A stretch of DNA of 64,000 bases, from contig CAWAOD010000014.1 of assembly GCA_963783575.1 (NCBI GenBank), positions 160,001-224,000 on the forward strand. Reading direction: 5' to 3'. The position numbers and the translations under genes were made by a program. This DNA is from an uncultured Spirochaetota bacterium (GTDB lineage Bacteria > Spirochaetota > Brevinematia > Brevinematales > JAOACQ01). Positions within the stretch are counted from its first letter, which is position 1, and each line of letters opens with the position of its first letter. Positions 29,059-41,999 of this stretch are shown here, in pieces. Below the pieces are notes generated by a model. It worked only from the letters and a program-made list of their open reading frames with translations, had not been told where the DNA came from and did not search any database.

Positions 29059-30594
29059 ATGAAGAAAATTATTGTTCTAATAACAGTGATTATTATGGGA
29101 TTAGTAGTATTCAACGGATGTTCAAAAGATGGTGTTGTATTATCGAAATATTTAGATGGAAAAAAGGAATATACCATAAAAGTCGGTGATGTAAAAAAAG
29201 AAGTTTTAAACTATGTAATCTATGACCCGATGATTGCCGGAAATAGCACATGGCATAAAGATTATTTGTTCGATAGATACATATTTCCGGATATAGCCTT
29301 TTTCGTGGAATCCGCAAAAGGTTTAACCAACCAGCCGGAATTTATTTCTAAAATGGATTTACAATATAAAAAACAATACCTGACTAGATTATTTCAGATC
29401 GGGCAGGAAAATATCAATAAAAAAGCAAAAAATTCTAAATTTGAAGTTGTTAGGGTTTCACATATTCTTCTTACAATAAATAAATTTACTAATATTAATG
29501 GAGAAACTAAAGAATTAAATACTAATGATTATCAAAAATTATTATCGGAAAAAGAAAATAAAGCAATGAATATTATTGATTCACTAAAATCATCCAAGAA
29601 TATTTTATCCGATTTTAGCAATGCCGCTGTTTCACAGTCTGATGACGGCAGCAGCTCTCATGTTGGCGGAGATGTCGGATATTTTGTTAGAGGATCTATG
29701 GTGAAAGAATTCGAAGAAGCATCCTTTGATGCAAAAGTCAAAGGGTTGATTGATAAACCTGTAAAAAGCAGCTACGGTTATCATATAATCTATGTAACTG
29801 TTCCGAGCCAGCAAAAGAATATGGATGAAATAGAAAAGATAATGGGTAAAGACGGCTATAAAAGGATTGAACCTTATATACAGAATAATTTTAATGAGGC
29901 TGACAGGAAAAATACCTATAAAGAATTTTATACAGTTGATCTAAGCAATAATAATGTTCAGATTGAAGGGAAGAATTATATTATTGATCAAATACCGCCT
30001 GATTCCAAATTATTTTCGATATATGGAAAGCCGTATACTTGGAAAGATTCGAAAGAGATAATCTCTTATTTTATACCCGGTTTTACAAATGGGATTAATT
30101 CAACCAATTTTAACGATCAGATGGGCAATTTAAAGAATTTCATCCACCCTGTTGAAGCGGCTAAAAATGATAATACCGAGAAATCACAATCTTTCATTAA
30201 AGAATTATCCTCTTTTAGGAATAAACTTTGCAAAGACCTTGCCTCTCAGGAGTTTGAAAAGGATTTTGTAGACAACGGTAAATCCAAGATTACTCCGGAG
30301 GCCGTTCAAAATTATTATAATTCTATGAAAAGCACCCTTGTAAAAGATGTTAAAGGAAAATCCATTCAGATGACTTTGAAAGAAGCCGATGGAAAAATAC
30401 GTGATGAGTTATTAAAGCAGAATTTGAGGCAGGCTTATCAGGAATGGAAAGAACAAATTAAGTCGAAATATAAAGTAGTTTATCTTGATAATGGGTTGCA
30501 GGCTCTTAAGGAACTTGAAACGGCTCAATTGAAATTACAGCAGAAAAATGCAGATAAAACAAAAAAGCAAAATGTCCCCCCCCAAAAAAAATAA
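29059..30594 (+). CDS. Parvulin-type peptidyl-prolyl isomerase lipoprotein (PrsA/SurA-like)
   Basis: Lipobox FNGC; VSHILL, SDD, GGDVGYF, MVKEFEEASF, KSSYGYHII. Confidence 0.88.
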   Translation: MKKIIVLITVIIMGLVVFNGCSKDGVVLSKYLDGKKEYTIKVGDVKKEVLNYVIYDPMIAGNSTWHKDYLFDRYIFPDIAFFVESAKGLTNQPEFISKMDLQYKKQYLTRLFQIGQENINKKAKNSKFEVVRVSHILLTINKFTNINGETKELNTNDYQKLLSEKENKAMNIIDSLKSSKNILSDFSNAAVSQSDDGSSSHVGGDVGYFVRGSMVKEFEEASFDAKVKGLIDKPVKSSYGYHIIYVTVPSQQKNMDEIEKIMGKDGYKRIEPYIQNNFNEADRKNTYKEFYTVDLSNNNVQIEGKNYIIDQIPPDSKLFSIYGKPYTWKDSKEIISYFIPGFTNGINSTNFNDQMGNLKNFIHPVEAAKNDNTEKSQSFIKELSSFRNKLCKDLASQEFEKDFVDNGKSKITPEAVQNYYNSMKSTLVKDVKGKSIQMTLKEADGKIRDELLKQNLRQAYQEWKEQIKSKYKVVYLDNGLQALKELETAQLKLQQKNADKTKKQNVPPQKK

Positions 30595-30607
30595 TAAATA
30601 ATAATAT

Positions 30608-30643
30608 AATTAGGCGGTATGTTATCATACCGCCTAATTTTTT
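30608..30643 (+). terminator. Rho-independent terminator
   Basis: 14-bp perfect stem aattaggcggtatg / cataccgcctaatt, 4-nt loop, followed by a T-run. Confidence 0.9.
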
Positions 30644-30769
30644 CGTGTAATGAAATATTATCAAATTTAATGCCGGATGATTTGACTTAGTAGAATTTGT
30701 TATTTATTTTTATTATTGGCTTATATTTGTAATTATTATATTAAATTAAAGTAAGATAAGGGAGTTTTT

Positions 30770-32525
30770 GTGAAAAAACAGGAATTATTACAACTGGTTA
30801 ATGAAAATAAAAAAATAGGAGTGACTGAGATATTTCAATATTTTCAATGTGATACAAAAAATAAGCAAAAGAGGGCCGAACACATCATAAAAGAACTTGT
30901 TTTTGATAATCTTGTTCACTATGATAATAATGAACGAACAGTTAGCATTCCTGAACTTTCAAGAAAACCGGTTAATAGAAGACCAAAAATAAATAAAAAT
31001 ATTGAACAACATAATAAAGAACCAAACAGAAATATTAAGAATGCAAAACTTGATTTAGATTCTATAATAGAAAAATATGAGATTCGTAAAGAATTTCCCA
31101 TTTCAGTCATGGCCTGAAACAGAAAAAATTGAATCTTCCATATTTCCGGAAGAATATGAGAAAAGGCTCGATTTAAGGAAAGAAATGATTGTAACCATTG
31201 ACGGTGCGGATGCAAAGGATCTTGATGATGCCGTAAGCATTTCATCAAATAAAAACGGATGGAGTCTCGGAGTTCATATTGCAGATGTTTCTTATTATGT
31301 ACCGAAGGATTCAAAACTTGATAAGGAAGCACTAAAACGAGCAAATAGCTTTTATTTTATCAATAGTGTAATTCCTATGTTTCCAAAAATACTGTCAAAT
31401 GGAATATGCAGCTTGAATCCTGAAGAAGACAGGCTTACATTGTCTGTATTTATGCAGATAGATAAGTCAGGTGTTGTAAATAAGTATGAGATTCATGAAA
31501 GTGTTATACATTCCAGGTACAGGCTGACCTATGACTGGGTTCAGGGATATCTTGACGGCAAGGAATCTACGAGCGATATTGGGCTGATAGAAACACTATC
31601 GGAAATGGACAAATTATTCAGGGTTCTTTACAGGAAAAGAATTGAGGAAGGCGGGATCGATTTTGATTTCAAAGAGCAAAAATGCATTTTAAACGACCTT
31701 GATGAACCGGACAAGATCTGGCTTAAAGACAGGCAGGATTCTGAAAGGATAATTGAAGAATTTATGCTGATCGCCAATCAAACAGTTGCAAAATTTTTAT
31801 CGGAGAAGGGTATATCGCTTTATAGAATTCATGGTGAGCCGTCGGCTGAAAAACTCCAGGATTTTGTCCGGATAGCATTGAAATTCGGGCATAAAGTTTA
31901 TGGAGTTCCTATTCCTGATACAAAAGATCTTCAGAGGATATTACTGGAAGCAAAGGATAAACCTCATAAGGAACTGGTTAATCAAATACTTCTGCGTTCC
32001 ATGCAGCAAGCAAAATATGATACCGATAATATAGGTCATTATGGCCTGGGTTTTGGTTTTTATACTCATTTTACCTCCCCGATAAGACGATACGCAGATT
32101 TGATAGTACACCGGCTTATAAAAGATACTTTCTTAAAAAAAACAAGCGGAACGCATTATACTGAAGAACAGCTCGGTAAAATAGCCGACCATATTTCTTC
32201 TATGGAAAGAGTTGCAATGGAAGCGGAAAGGGATTTTTACAAAATCAAAGCTATTCGCTTTATGGAAGGAAGGGAAGGAAAAAGTTATGACGGATTAATA
32301 ACCGGAGTATCACCATTCGGGATATTCATCCAGATTAAAAAGTATGGTGTTGAGGGTCTTGTAAGATTTGCGGATATGGATGACGATTATTACATTTTTG
32401 ATGAAAATAATTTCAGCGCTTATGGTAAGAGAAACAGGAAAAAATATACTATAGGTGATTCCGTCATGATCAAGGTAGTCAGGGTTAATATTGCAAGAGG
32501 TTTTCTTGACCTGGCTTTTGTCTAA
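30770..32525 (+). CDS. rnr: Ribonuclease R / RNB family exoribonuclease, apparent +1 frameshift near 31112
   Basis: TIDGADAKDLDDA, HIADVS, IEEFM, HFTSPIRRYADL, C-terminal S1 domain; atggcctgaaaca is in frame after deleting one C. Confidence 0.9.
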
Positions 32526-32536
32526 CAAACATGCTG

Positions 32537-33496
32537 CTATCTGTAAGGATCATAATTAATGTTTTCAAGATCTTCGGGTTTTGTAATTTCCCATCGTGGT
32601 GACAGTAGTGTAAACCATTGATCCGGATACTGCCGGATGTAGAATTCATATCTTTGATTGATCCATGTCATAATTGTTTCACAATCTTTATCAAAGTTGC
32701 CCGTTGATTTAAATTCAGCCGGTTCTTCATATTTAAAAACATATCTGCCATTGCTCGCCCTGTAACTGACCGCAAACAGGATAGGGGCATGGAATTTCAG
32801 ATGAAGCTTTGCCGGTCCATCGGCTGTGGCGCATGGAATGCCGAAAAAAGGAACAAAAATGGGTTTGAAATAGTAAGTCTGGTCTGCTACATTGGCAATA
32901 ATCGTATTTTGTTTTAAACTTTTTATTATTTTGGTCAGATCGGTTATTTCGTTATAAAAGCAATGGATATTTCCCTTTTTTTCCCTTATATTTTTAAGCC
33001 ATTTATCGGTTAATGGGTTAGATTGGCGATTAATTATAGCATAGGCGGGCAATCCAAGTTTAGCAGGAATAGTTGCTAAATAATCCCAATTTCCAAGGTG
33101 GGCTGTAACAACAATCAGGCCCTTACCCATTGCCAAAGCTTTGTTTAGATTTTCAAAGCCTTCCAGGCTTCCAAAATTTCGATAATTATTAGCAGTTATT
33201 GACCCGATTTTAAGATATTCAATTATATAGGATGCAGTATGTATGTATAAATTTCTTATTATTTGATTTTTATTCTGTGCCGATAGAATATTTTCTTTAA
33301 AGATAATATCCAGATTTTTATTAGCCTGTTTTTTCCCTTTTGTATCAACAATGAAATATATTTTTCCAATCAATTCAGCCAGCCAGTATGCGATTCTCCA
33401 GGGAATTATCTCAATCAATAAGCCAAGAGGCACCACAACTATATATTCAAGAATTTGGGAAAGCTTAACACTTTGTTTATAATTGCTGGTACCCAG
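32537..33496 (-). CDS. Lipid A / lysophospholipid acyltransferase (LpxL/HtrB family)
   Basis: AHLGNWD (HxxxxD), ADQ, VPFFG, PDQW; frame is open upstream of 33436 to a CTG at 33496 behind an RBS. Confidence 0.88.
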   Translation of the reverse strand: MGTSNYKQSVKLSQILEYIVVVPLGLLIEIIPWRIAYWLAELIGKIYFIVDTKGKKQANKNLDIIFKENILSAQNKNQIIRNLYIHTASYIIEYLKIGSITANNYRNFGSLEGFENLNKALAMGKGLIVVTAHLGNWDYLATIPAKLGLPAYAIINRQSNPLTDKWLKNIREKKGNIHCFYNEITDLTKIIKSLKQNTIIANVADQTYYFKPIFVPFFGIPCATADGPAKLHLKFHAPILFAVSYRASNGRYVFKYEEPAEFKSTGNFDKDCETIMTWINQRYEFYIRQYPDQWFTLLSPRWEITKPEDLENINYDPYR

Positions 33497-33505
33497 AAAC
33501 GTCTC

Positions 33506-33925
33506 CTATTTTTTCATTTTATTATTTATTTTTTCTCTCATTTGGGCGGCCAATAATTGGGGAGCTGTAACCTGAGTCTTTATTCTGATGACCTGTTCAA
33601 AGAGATCAACTGCGCCAATATAATCACCTTGCTGATATTTTATATAACCCAATTCATAAGTTGCCCAGGCTCTGGATTCATTGTTGGCATCGTTATCTTC
33701 GGGGAAAAGCACAATTATATTCGAATAATAGTAAGCAGCATCATTGTATAGATCATTCCCGTATTTTTCTGCGGCAAGTTCCAATATCTTTTTAGGCGTT
33801 AATGTTTTCAGCGTGTTTTCAGGTAAAACATTACCCGACCCAGAACAAGCTGTAAATTGTAATGATAATATTATCATAAGCAACATAATAACAATATTTT
33901 TTATCTTCAGAACATTCATTTCCAT
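33506..33925 (-). CDS. TPR-containing lipoprotein
   Basis: Lipobox FTAC; AWATYELGYIKYQQGDY TPR-like helix pair. Confidence 0.7.
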   Translation of the reverse strand: MEMNVLKIKNIVIMLLMIILSLQFTACSGSGNVLPENTLKTLTPKKILELAAEKYGNDLYNDAAYYYSNIIVLFPEDNDANNESRAWATYELGYIKYQQGDYIGAVDLFEQVIRIKTQVTAPQLLAAQMREKINNKMKK

Positions 33926-34226
33926 TAATGACTCCTTATAGTCAATATAAAATAATTTGAATATATTTTAAAACCAAAAATTAAATAAATCAAACTATCA
34001 TCTGCTGTTGTTCGGATTGTGCTTTACCCAAACTGAGCGATTTTTTAATAAATACCAAAAACAGGTTTATAAAAGCCAAAATTTATAAAAATTTGGATAT
34101 ATTTTTTTGTCACCGGTTAATTTGCCGAATTTATGCGTTTGAAAGCACTAAAATCATCAATCTCTGAGATATTTTCAATTTTTGGCGCAATACCCCCTTA
34201 TTAATCCATGAAAACAGAGCGCATCT

Positions 34227-34325
34227 TTAAATCGGGGTAACCGTTCCGCATTTCTCCCACAAATCTAACAATTTAAACCTGTCAACTACTTCTTCCCTGA
34301 ATTTTAAAATAGCCCGCCCGCCTGT
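34227..34325 (-). pseudogene. C-terminal 32 codons of the IS1380 transposase, separated by the intron
   Basis: TGGRAILKFREEVVDRFKLLDLWEKCGTVTPI* continues ..IAGKIVK exactly in frame once 34326-36341 is removed. Confidence 0.9.
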
Positions 34326-36341
<2,016 letters not shown>

Positions 36342-37625
36342 TTTAACAATCTTTCCCGCAATATCAATAAATATTCGCCTGACCGTATCCGGATAACTTT
36401 CCACTGGTATTTCCGGTATATCCATATCCGCCTGATAAGCCGACAGCAGATTATACGCTATTATCGATAAAAAATAATATACACCGTTTGATACAAAACT
36501 CTTAAACGGCAGTGTTTCATCCACGAATTCTTTTATTCCACGGTTCACCAGTTCATCTTTTGCCCTCAGATGATAGAGCCTCACTATTTCCTCTGCCGTC
36601 ATATATTTCACAAGCCCCTTTTCTTTCAATACTTCCGCTTCTTCAAGATTTGTATAAATAATATTTTCAGGCCTGTCGAACGCTAATCTGAAAACCCCGT
36701 CTTCACATTCATATTTGGTATAAATGGCACGGTATCCCTTTTCCCAGCTATCCCGTCTGTCCCGAAAGTCCAGGTATTCAATTACATCTCCTTTTTTCTC
36801 AAACCTTCTCCATTCTTCCGGCAATCGCTTCATCAAATCGAGTTTGATTGAATCCAGTATTCTCCCGCCGCATATAAAGAACAGTTTCAGGTCTTCCAGC
36901 TTCTTAAAATACTTTTGGTCAAAAAACCCGCTATCAGACACAACGATAATCGGCACCTCTTTGTCATAGCATTTCCGGATTTCCTTCACTGTTTCTTCCA
37001 GCATTGTAAACAGATCGTCACCGTGATTCGGGGATTCGCTTCCTTCGTGGAACGCCAGGTTCACGATAAAACCATTCCAATACATATGCAGCGGATGATA
37101 CCCGTTAACCTTTTTGTAGGTATAAGTCACGCCGTTTCGCTTTTTAGCGTCATCATTATTCAGTACCATCGTATCAAGTCCGAGAATAATAACTTTCGGG
37201 TTCTTTATCTTGAGACGCCAGACAAAAAGCTTAATTAGAATCTTTTGAAGCTCTTTAAACATTGTCTTTTTTACCACTGAAAAAAATCTCTTTATCACAT
37301 GGGATGAGCACATATTGTCTTTGCTGCATTCAATGGCCTTTCTGTGCCCGATATCATTTGCCAATTCATCAAACCGGGTCATGGTAAATTTGCTTCCATC
37401 TATGAAAAACAGCATCAATTGAGAAATAATTTTTTCTATATCTTTACCTTTGCGGCTCTTGCGAATTCCCTGAAATACTTCGCTGATCAGGGGAATAACT
37501 TTAATATTCTTGAGATATCTCAGGACAAACGTAAGCCCGCCGCGGCTGGTAAGACAATCTTTCGTTATGCCGATTTTTTGAATCTCATTTCCCTGAATTT
37601 TGCGATTTTTATTTTTTTCAGTCAT
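36342..37625 (-). pseudogene. IS1380-family DDE transposase, N-terminal 428 codons, interrupted by the intron
   Basis: LTSRGGL, LGLDTMV, GYHPL, SDSGF, YHLRAKDELV, IAYNL, IAGKIVK. Confidence 0.9.
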
Positions 37626-37757
37626 AATTTACCTGCTTTTGCACCCAATGGGTGTTATTCCGGGGTAAGGATGGCTGTAACCATTTCCTTACCCCATTTT
37701 ATTTTAGCATGGTTTTATTTTTATGGATAGTTAAGAATCGCTCAGTTTAGGCTTTAC

Positions 37758-38306
37758 TCATAAGAAATTTTGATTATCAATAAATATACCATAATCCCTT
37801 TCAGAATAAAATACAAGATAAACTTTTTCTATTAAAGTATTTTTATTATTTTGGAAATATTTTTTTAATGTATTGGAAACAATCTGAGCGGACCGATCAC
37901 CTGGAAATCCGTATATTCCAGTCGAAATGGCAGGAAAAGAAACGGATTTGCAAAATAAATTCTCTGTTTCTTTAAGTGAATTCAAATAAGCATCTTCCAA
38001 TACTTTATCTTCGTTAGAATTTCCATTATGCCAGACCGGTCCAACAGTATGGATAACATATTTTGCCGGGAGATTGCCTCCGCTTGTTGTTACAGCCTGG
38101 CCGGGCGGCAATCCTTGAGGGTATTTATTTTTACGGATTTCTTTGCACTCCTCAAGAATTTTTGGCCCACCAATAAAATGAATTGCTCCATCAACCCCTC
38201 CGCCGCCTAAAAGACTTGAATTGGCGGCATTGACAATAGCATCAGTTTTTTGTTTTGTAATATCCCCAACTATCACAATAACCTTATCATTTAAGTAACT
38301 CTGCAC
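37758..38306 (-). CDS. Macrodomain O-acetyl-ADP-ribose deacetylase (YmdB/MacroD-like)
   Basis: GDIT, VNAAN, GGGGVDGAIH, IHTVGP, FPAISTGIYGFP. Confidence 0.95.
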   Translation of the reverse strand: MQSYLNDKVIVIVGDITKQKTDAIVNAANSSLLGGGGVDGAIHFIGGPKILEECKEIRKNKYPQGLPPGQAVTTSGGNLPAKYVIHTVGPVWHNGNSNEDKVLEDAYLNSLKETENLFCKSVSFPAISTGIYGFPGDRSAQIVSNTLKKYFQNNKNTLIEKVYLVFYSERDYGIFIDNQNFL

Positions 38307-38695
38307 TCCTTACCTCCTGATTTGTTTTTTAAAAAGCGTGATCCTTCGTTATACTCAGGGCATGCTTCTTGACCCGATTTAGATTCCTTATGCAACAAAG
38401 TTGCGTATAGCTTTGTTTCAATCCTTTCCTTTAGAGTTTTTATGTAATACCGCACAGCTAGCTGTGTGGTTGTTTATTAAAATTTAACATATTAAATAAA
38501 TATACGCAATAATTTTGTTTTGTTACCAAATTTTTCAAAATATTAAAACTTTATAATTTTATGAAATAATATTTAAATCTTGATGTTAAATTCCTTGACT
38601 TGAAATATTTTTGTAATACAATATTGGAAGCTTAAATTAAATTTTTTATCTTGAAAATATTTATAGATATACTGTTTCTTGTATAAGGGGTTTTC

Positions 38696-41359
38696 ATGCC
38701 TAACGAAAGAATTCTAATAGTCGAGGATGAAATCATTGTTGCAAAAGATATACAAGGTATACTTATAAATCAAGGTTATGATGCGCCGGTAATCTGTATA
38801 TCCGGTAAAGATGCAATATATAAGGCAGAAATATTTAAACCTGATCTTGTTTTGATGGATGTTTTACTGAAAGATAAGGAAGATGGCATAGATGTGGCTC
38901 ACACTATACATTCAAGATTTGGAATACCGGTTATATTTCTAACCGCTTATAAGGACGAAAAAACTCTTTCACGGGCTATGAAGACAGAACCATACGGCTA
39001 TTTGTTAAAACCCTTTGCGGACAAAGAGTTGTATACAACGATTGAAATTGCTTTGTATAAATATAAAATGGAGCTTAAATTAAAAGAAAGTGAAGACCGG
39101 TATAGAAGCCTTGTTGAATTATCTCCCGATTCAATTTTTATTTGCATTAATAAGAGAATAGTATTTGTCAACGGTTCCTGTCTGAAATTATTGGGTGCCG
39201 AAAAAACGGATGACCTACTTGGCTTATCAATTAAGGATTTTATTAATCCGGATTATTGGGATATAAATAAAAGAAATCTGGAAAATCCCGATGAAATAGT
39301 AAACAATTTATGGATAGAAGAGATTTTTATCCGGCTTGATGGAAAATCCATTTATGTGGAAGCGGCTTCAAGTTTTTTTTCTTATCAGGGTAAAAAAGCT
39401 TTGCAAATTGTGGCAAAGGATATTACCGAAAGGAAACAAAATGAACAGGCTTTGAAAGAAAGTGAAGAAAAATTCCGCACATTGGCTGAAACAGTTCAAT
39501 CATCGATATTTATCCTTAAAAACAATCAATTTAGTTATGTAAATTCATCGGCGGAATCATTAACCGATTATGATAGAAGTGAATTGATCGGTATGATATT
39601 CTGGAAAATAATTCATCCCGATGATCAGGAAAGAATTCGAAAAAAAATTGCAATCCGGACAGGGTCAGATTATAAACCTTCAAAATTCGAGTTAAAGATA
39701 ATTACTAAAAGTCGTAAAGTTAAGTGGATATATGCTGCGGATGAATTGATCGTACTTGGCGGAAAAACAACCATACTAATCGCAGCATTTGAAATAACAA
39801 AAATAAAGGAAACAGAAGAAGCCCTTTTGGAAGAGAGAGAAAGGCTTTCCGTCACATTAAAATCAATAAGCGACGGTGTTATAGCCGTGAATATGGAAGG
39901 CAGGATAATTTTATTCAACCAGGCTTCTGAGAATATTACAGGATGGAATGAAAAAGAAGCATTAGGTTTATCATTATACAGGGTTTTTCATATTATTAAT
40001 GAAAAAACTCATGAAAAATCTAAGGATATTGTGGGTAATGTACTGACTAATGATGATATTGTTAATTTTGAAATGAATATTGTATTAATAACAAAACAGA
40101 ATAAAGAAATACTGATTCAGGAAACCGCTTCTCCGCTCAAAGACGGCTATGGTAATAAAATAGGGGCAGTTATTGTTTTCAGGGATATCAGTGAAAAACA
40201 GAAAAGAGAAGAAGAGATTAATAAGATACAGAAACTTGAGTCGCTAGGTTTATTAGCCGGTGGGATTGCTCATGATTTTAATAATTTATTGACAGCAATT
40301 CTTGGTAATCTTTCTCTTTCTCAATTAAAGACCAAAGATGATGAAGAAATATCTCTTTTATTAAAAGAAGCTGAAAATGCCTGCTGGAGAGCGAGAGAAC
40401 TCACACAGCAGCTTCTAACATTTGCTAAAGGAGGTATTTCTGTAAAAAAGATACAGGATATCAAGGAATTGATAAAAACCACCACATTATTTTCACTTCG
40501 CGGTTCAAATGTAATAGCAGATTTTCAATTTTCCAATACTCCGGTTTATCTTGAAATGGATGTCGGACAAATTAATCAGGTTATTCAGAATTTAATCATA
40601 AATGCGAGAGAAGCTATGCCTCTTGGTGGTTCAATAATAATTAATGTCGATTCAATAACTTTAAAGAAAGGGGAAGCTATTAAGGTTCTTAATGAAGGTG
40701 CGGATATGAAACCAGGTAATTACATCAGAATTAAAATAAAAGATGAAGGAATCGGAATAGAACCAAAATTTATACAAAAAATCTTTGACCCTTATTTTAC
40801 AACGAAGCAAAAGGGCAGCGGTCTTGGATTATCCATTGTTTATTCGGTAATAAAAAAGCATGGCGGTTACATAATTGTTGATTCAACAGTTGGGGTTGGA
40901 ACTGAGTTTATTATTTATCTTCCCACAGGTGCTGATCTGCCGAATACTACTGATAAAATTGATATAAAAATTCTTAAAGGTAAGGGCAGAATACTTGTAA
41001 TGGATGATGAAGAATCAATTTTGATGCTTATGGATAAGATTTTAAATGTACTTGGATATGAAAGGGATTTTGCAAAAGACGGTAAAGAAGTTATAGAAAA
41101 GTATAAATATTCAATAGAAAACGGGAGACCATTTGATTTAATAATCATGGATTTGACTGTACCTGGAAAAATGGGAGGGAAAGACGCTGCCGAAGAATTG
41201 TTTAAAATAAATCCGGAAATTAAGATCATTATTTCAAGCGGTTATTCAAATGAAGCTATAATCTCTGAATATCGTTCTTATGGATTTTCAGGTGTAATAA
41301 CAAAACCTTTTAATATAAAAGAATTGTCAGGCGAAATCGCAAGTGTAATGTCAAAATAA
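38696..41359 (+). CDS. Cytoplasmic hybrid sensor histidine kinase (REC-PAS-PAS-PAS-HisKA-HATPase-REC)
   Basis: ILIVEDE..LMD, three PAS blocks, AHDFNN, NLIINA, DEGIGI, GSGLGL, VMDDE..IMDL. Confidence 0.95.
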   Translation: MPNERILIVEDEIIVAKDIQGILINQGYDAPVICISGKDAIYKAEIFKPDLVLMDVLLKDKEDGIDVAHTIHSRFGIPVIFLTAYKDEKTLSRAMKTEPYGYLLKPFADKELYTTIEIALYKYKMELKLKESEDRYRSLVELSPDSIFICINKRIVFVNGSCLKLLGAEKTDDLLGLSIKDFINPDYWDINKRNLENPDEIVNNLWIEEIFIRLDGKSIYVEAASSFFSYQGKKALQIVAKDITERKQNEQALKESEEKFRTLAETVQSSIFILKNNQFSYVNSSAESLTDYDRSELIGMIFWKIIHPDDQERIRKKIAIRTGSDYKPSKFELKIITKSRKVKWIYAADELIVLGGKTTILIAAFEITKIKETEEALLEERERLSVTLKSISDGVIAVNMEGRIILFNQASENITGWNEKEALGLSLYRVFHIINEKTHEKSKDIVGNVLTNDDIVNFEMNIVLITKQNKEILIQETASPLKDGYGNKIGAVIVFRDISEKQKREEEINKIQKLESLGLLAGGIAHDFNNLLTAILGNLSLSQLKTKDDEEISLLLKEAENACWRARELTQQLLTFAKGGISVKKIQDIKELIKTTTLFSLRGSNVIADFQFSNTPVYLEMDVGQINQVIQNLIINAREAMPLGGSIIINVDSITLKKGEAIKVLNEGADMKPGNYIRIKIKDEGIGIEPKFIQKIFDPYFTTKQKGSGLGLSIVYSVIKKHGGYIIVDSTVGVGTEFIIYLPTGADLPNTTDKIDIKILKGKGRILVMDDEESILMLMDKILNVLGYERDFAKDGKEVIEKYKYSIENGRPFDLIIMDLTVPGKMGGKDAAEELFKINPEIKIIISSGYSNEAIISEYRSYGFSGVITKPFNIKELSGEIASVMSK

Positions 41360-41386
41360 AATTTTTATTCTAAATTCTTAAATATT

Positions 41387-41460
41387 TGGGCGGTACTGGC
41401 CTCGAACCAGTGACCCCCTGCATGTCGAGCAGGTACTCTAACCAGCTGAGCTAACCGCCC
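41387..41460 (-). tRNA. tRNA-Val(GAC)
   Basis: Reverse complement GGGCGGTTAGCTCAGCTGG..CCTGC-TCGACAT-GCAGG..GGTTCGAGGCC..ACCGCCCA. Confidence 0.93.
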
Positions 41461-41474
41461 CGGTTTCAAAATAT

Positions 41475-41548
41475 TGGTCGGTACTGGACTCGAACCAGTG
41501 ACCTCTTGCATGTGAGGCAAGCGCTCTAACCAACTGAGCTAATCGACC
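41475..41548 (-). tRNA. tRNA-Val(CAC)
   Basis: Reverse complement GGTCGATTAGCTCAGTTGG..CTTGC-CTCACAT-GCAAG..GGTTCGAGTCC..ACCGACCA. Confidence 0.95.
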
Positions 41549-41783
41549 CAATATTGAAACTGACTGAAATATTTTAATATAAATCTGTTCTTTTATCAAA
41601 AATTCTATAAAAAAAATAAATATGGAATCTTATGTCTCAATTCTGATTATATAGATTAAGCCAATTAACGGATTTCAATTCTTTGGTATAAGTAGCTGAA
41701 TCATTATAATAAATAGAGTTAACAATATGGCAGGGCAGACAATAGCTTTTTACATATAAAAATCTAGAATATAGAAATAAAAA

Positions 41784-41856
<73 letters not shown>

Positions 41857-41999
41857 AAATCAAATCAAATTATATAATTTCATTTTTTTAAGGTTAAAAA
41901 TTTTAAAGTCAGCCGGGAAATTTGTCAAATTTTATAAATTGAGATATGATAAACCGAATTTTAAATTGGTTGTTAATTAATATTGTGAGCAATACATTT

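Noticed and set aside
41729..41742. tggcagggcagac resembling a reverse-complemented tRNA 3' end (att remnant)
   Set aside because: Only about 11 nt, with no T-arm; chance match is likely.
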